Shown here piece by piece: positions 62,110 to 64,000 of a stretch of 64,000 bases of DNA. The notes under the pieces were generated by a model. The model had not been told where the DNA came from and ran no database searches. It saw only the letters and a program-made list of their open reading frames with translations. The translations under genes were made by a program, and so were the position numbers. Position 1 is the first letter of the stretch. The number at the start of each line of letters is the position of its first letter. The DNA is from a virus (Duplodnaviria; Heunggongvirae; Uroviricota; Caudoviricetes). Location: IMG/VR virus record IMGVR_UViG_2713896908_000007. The stretch is one strand, 5' to 3'.

Positions 62110-62717
62110 TCTTTAAGAGTCATCTGCGGAATACCTCCCATTTTCCCGCATGAAACAACGTCAATCCGTTCACGCGCAGACTGGAATAACAAAGGCAGGT
62201 GACTTAGATTTTTTGGCGTGCCGCCGGAGTGAACGCGTGGTTCTTGTGTAGCGTCAACGCCCACCAGGGCGACATGTTTGAATCCGATATGGAAAGCCAG
62301 GTTCAGAGCACCATATGCACTATTGCCGCTGGCAATTTCATTCTCATCTTCGCAAAGGCCGAAATGTGCGGACCAGCGCCACGCCCACCACTCGGGAGAA
62401 TTCGTATTTTTTGGCTCCGTGCCGCGTTCAGCCACACGACGGAAGCACAGAACGCCATCTCTGACTTCACGTTCTTTAACATCGGGTAGTGCCATGCAAT
62501 AACAAACACCACGGCGACGGCGGCCACGACCAACGCGCCGCATATTGTCTGGGGATGGATCAAGGGTGAAAAAATAAGAAGCGCGGTTAAGCCAGTCGAT
62601 GGCCCCATTGACCGCTATAATCGGCACTCCGCGCGGCGCAACAAAGTTTGCGGCGCTTGGGCCACTGCCGACGATAATAACGCGATCACTGCCTCTAAAT
62701 TTATTCTTGGGAAACAT
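62091..62717 (-). CDS. GSGPS-motif Rossmann-like protein (paralog 1)
   Basis: 208-aa ORF; …[13 protein letters not shown]…[10 protein letters not shown]…; paralogous to the next ORF. Confidence 0.5.
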   Translation of the reverse strand: MFPKNKFRGSDRVIIVGSGPSAANFVAPRGVPIIAVNGAIDWLNRASYFFTLDPSPDNMRRVGRGRRRRGVCYCMALPDVKEREVRDGVLCFRRVAERGTEPKNTNSPEWWAWRWSAHFGLCEDENEIASGNSAYGALNLAFHIGFKHVALVGVDATQEPRVHSGGTPKNLSHLPLLFQSARERIDVVSCGKMGGIPQMTLKEWLKNT

Positions 62718-63277
62718 TGAATTGCACTGCTCCTACTTGCATTCAAAATATGTAAATCTGCGTGTTTTTTGCGGGTATCCAGGAACTGCTGTTGCCATTT
62801 TGAAATAGACACCTGCGTTGGATTCCGTAGGGCTTGAGGGTGCGCACCATGCCAATGGAGGCCGTTTTGCAGAGAACAGTCATAACCGACTAATACAACT
62901 ACTTCAGCCCCTGACTCTGCCGCCAGACTGATAGCCTGCGCGCCGCTATTTACCCCTTCAGCTGGTCCACAGTATCGCCTGTACTCCAACGAAAATGATT
63001 TCGCCGCCGCCAGGTTGGCTGTCACTTTGCGGAATCTCCCTTCCGGTATGATGGATCCGTATTGCTTCCACCATGACAAATCACCTGCGTATAAGGCATA
63101 AATGTCATCGAACATCTGCCAGGAATTGTTGACCGCGATGATTGAACAGCCAGTTTTTTCTATAGCAGCACAGTCCTCACGAGTGAGTGACGGACCGCTA
63201 CCGATACAAAAAACCGTCTTAGTCGCCCGGGGCGGTATGTTCATTCTCAGCTGCAAATTCGGCCTCCAGGCGAGCAT
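62615..63277 (-). CDS. GSGPS-motif Rossmann-like protein (paralog 2)
   Basis: 220-aa ORF (possible internal start at 63244); …VFCIGSGPSLTRED…IIAVNNSWQM…; overlaps paralog 1 by 103 nt in another frame. Confidence 0.5.
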   Translation of the reverse strand: MLAWRPNLQLRMNIPPRATKTVFCIGSGPSLTREDCAAIEKTGCSIIAVNNSWQMFDDIYALYAGDLSWWKQYGSIIPEGRFRKVTANLAAAKSFSLEYRRYCGPAEGVNSGAQAISLAAESGAEVVVLVGYDCSLQNGLHWHGAHPQALRNPTQVSISKWQQQFLDTRKKHADLHILNASRSSAIQCFPRINLEAVIALLSSAVAQAPQTLLRRAECRL

Positions 63278-63440
63278 TCATTTCAGCGATTACCGGGTCC
63301 ACTACAGCATCTGTTTCCTGTTCATTACGCGGCATGACCGATGCCAGCGATTCATAATTAACCTTGGATGACACGATTATTCTCCCGATGTTAAGGTGCG
63401 CTACCTCAAAGGACGGCAATGCACTAATTAATTTATTATT

Positions 63441-64000
63441 TTAAGCAGCGGACAACCACTTGTCGCCGTTCAATACATGCTCAATAGCCTCGCCTTTTTT
63501 AAGGCTTATGTATTCCAGGATGGCGGTTATCGCTTGTTCTGCACCATACGCAAGAACGACGTGGTAACCTTCCTCTTTAAGTCTGCGCATCCAAGCGATC
63601 TGCTCTTTCGTCGGGGCTTTACCATTTGGTTCTTTAAGCTCAATTCGCATGCCGTGATAAATGCCACATGCTTTATCGAGACTCATGTCCGGATAGCCTT
63701 TTTTCTGCCCTTCAGCCTTCATTTTCCCGGCGGTTGCTTTTGAACGCTTCCCTCCGTTAGGCGTTGCATGCAACAGCTCATAGATTTCAGGGTGCTTGCG
63801 TTCGAAGTAATCAAAAATGAAAACCTGTTCGAAGTGCTCGCAATTTCCGTCGCGCAGATCTGGGTTCTTTGCCAGTGCTGCAAGTGCCTTCGCATGTGGC
63901 GAAACTTCTTTTACCGGCCCAAGCGATAAGAATGGATCCTTTTGGTTTTTTGGTCTGGACCACCCCTTATTTCTACGCTCACTAAAAGCCTGAAACTCTT
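63441..64000 (-). CDS. VRR-NUC-like nuclease domain protein (5-prime end outside window)
   Basis: Reading frame open to the window edge; …HATPNGGKRS…GQKKGYPDMSL…RIELKEPNGKAPTKEQIAWMRRLKEEGYHVVL… resembles a PD-(D/E)xK VRR-NUC core. Confidence 0.6.
   Translation of the reverse strand, partial: EFQAFSERRNKGWSRPKNQKDPFLSLGPVKEVSPHAKALAALAKNPDLRDGNCEHFEQVFIFDYFERKHPEIYELLHATPNGGKRSKATAGKMKAEGQKKGYPDMSLDKACGIYHGMRIELKEPNGKAPTKEQIAWMRRLKEEGYHVVLAYGAEQAITAILEYISLKKGEAIEHVLNGDKWLSAA

Overview
This 64-kb window is a contiguous segment of a P1-like (Punavirus-type) phage-plasmid. All calls rest on reading the sequence and the supplied ORF track, with family assignments from remembered motifs and P1 gene order; no database search was run. 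Recognised directly: Cre recombinase with an exact 34-bp loxP site, the C1 repressor and Coi with at least ten ATTGCTCTAATAAATTT-type operators, pacA/pacB terminase with the GATC-rich pac site inside pacA, the phd-doc addiction pair, SSB, the SAR endolysin Lyz, Ref, the Sit tape-measure/transglycosylase, a lambda Stf/Tfa-like tail-fibre module, a DarB-like methyltransferase-helicase and a c4-icd-ant-like module. A 9-bp inverted repeat AAGTNACTT followed by a -10-like hexamer recurs upstream of eight late operons. Superimposed on this backbone are accessory loci, which are the most interesting part: (1) a macro-domain ORF with tail-fibre-like IGAHxH repeats wedged between the fibre and Tfa genes; (2) an AT-rich HTH / sugar O-acetyltransferase / GT4 glycosyltransferase cassette where P1 would carry cin and the invertible C segment (no cin found); (3) an intact host-type glycerol dehydrogenase gene gldA between the two Dar-region operons; (4) an AT-rich 292-aa ORF with a possible HEPN/Abi-like C-terminus; (5) two different TnpB-only IS200/IS605-family elements inside late-gene clusters; (6) an AT-rich lipoprotein gene where P1 has its type III res-mod; (7) a complete type IC hsdM-hsdS-hsdR system with TAEL repeats beside phd-doc; (8) a C1-operator-controlled enzyme cluster at the right edge (phosphatases, GT-like, two GSGPS paralogs, VRR-NUC nuclease). 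No rRNA, tRNA or CRISPR array was found.
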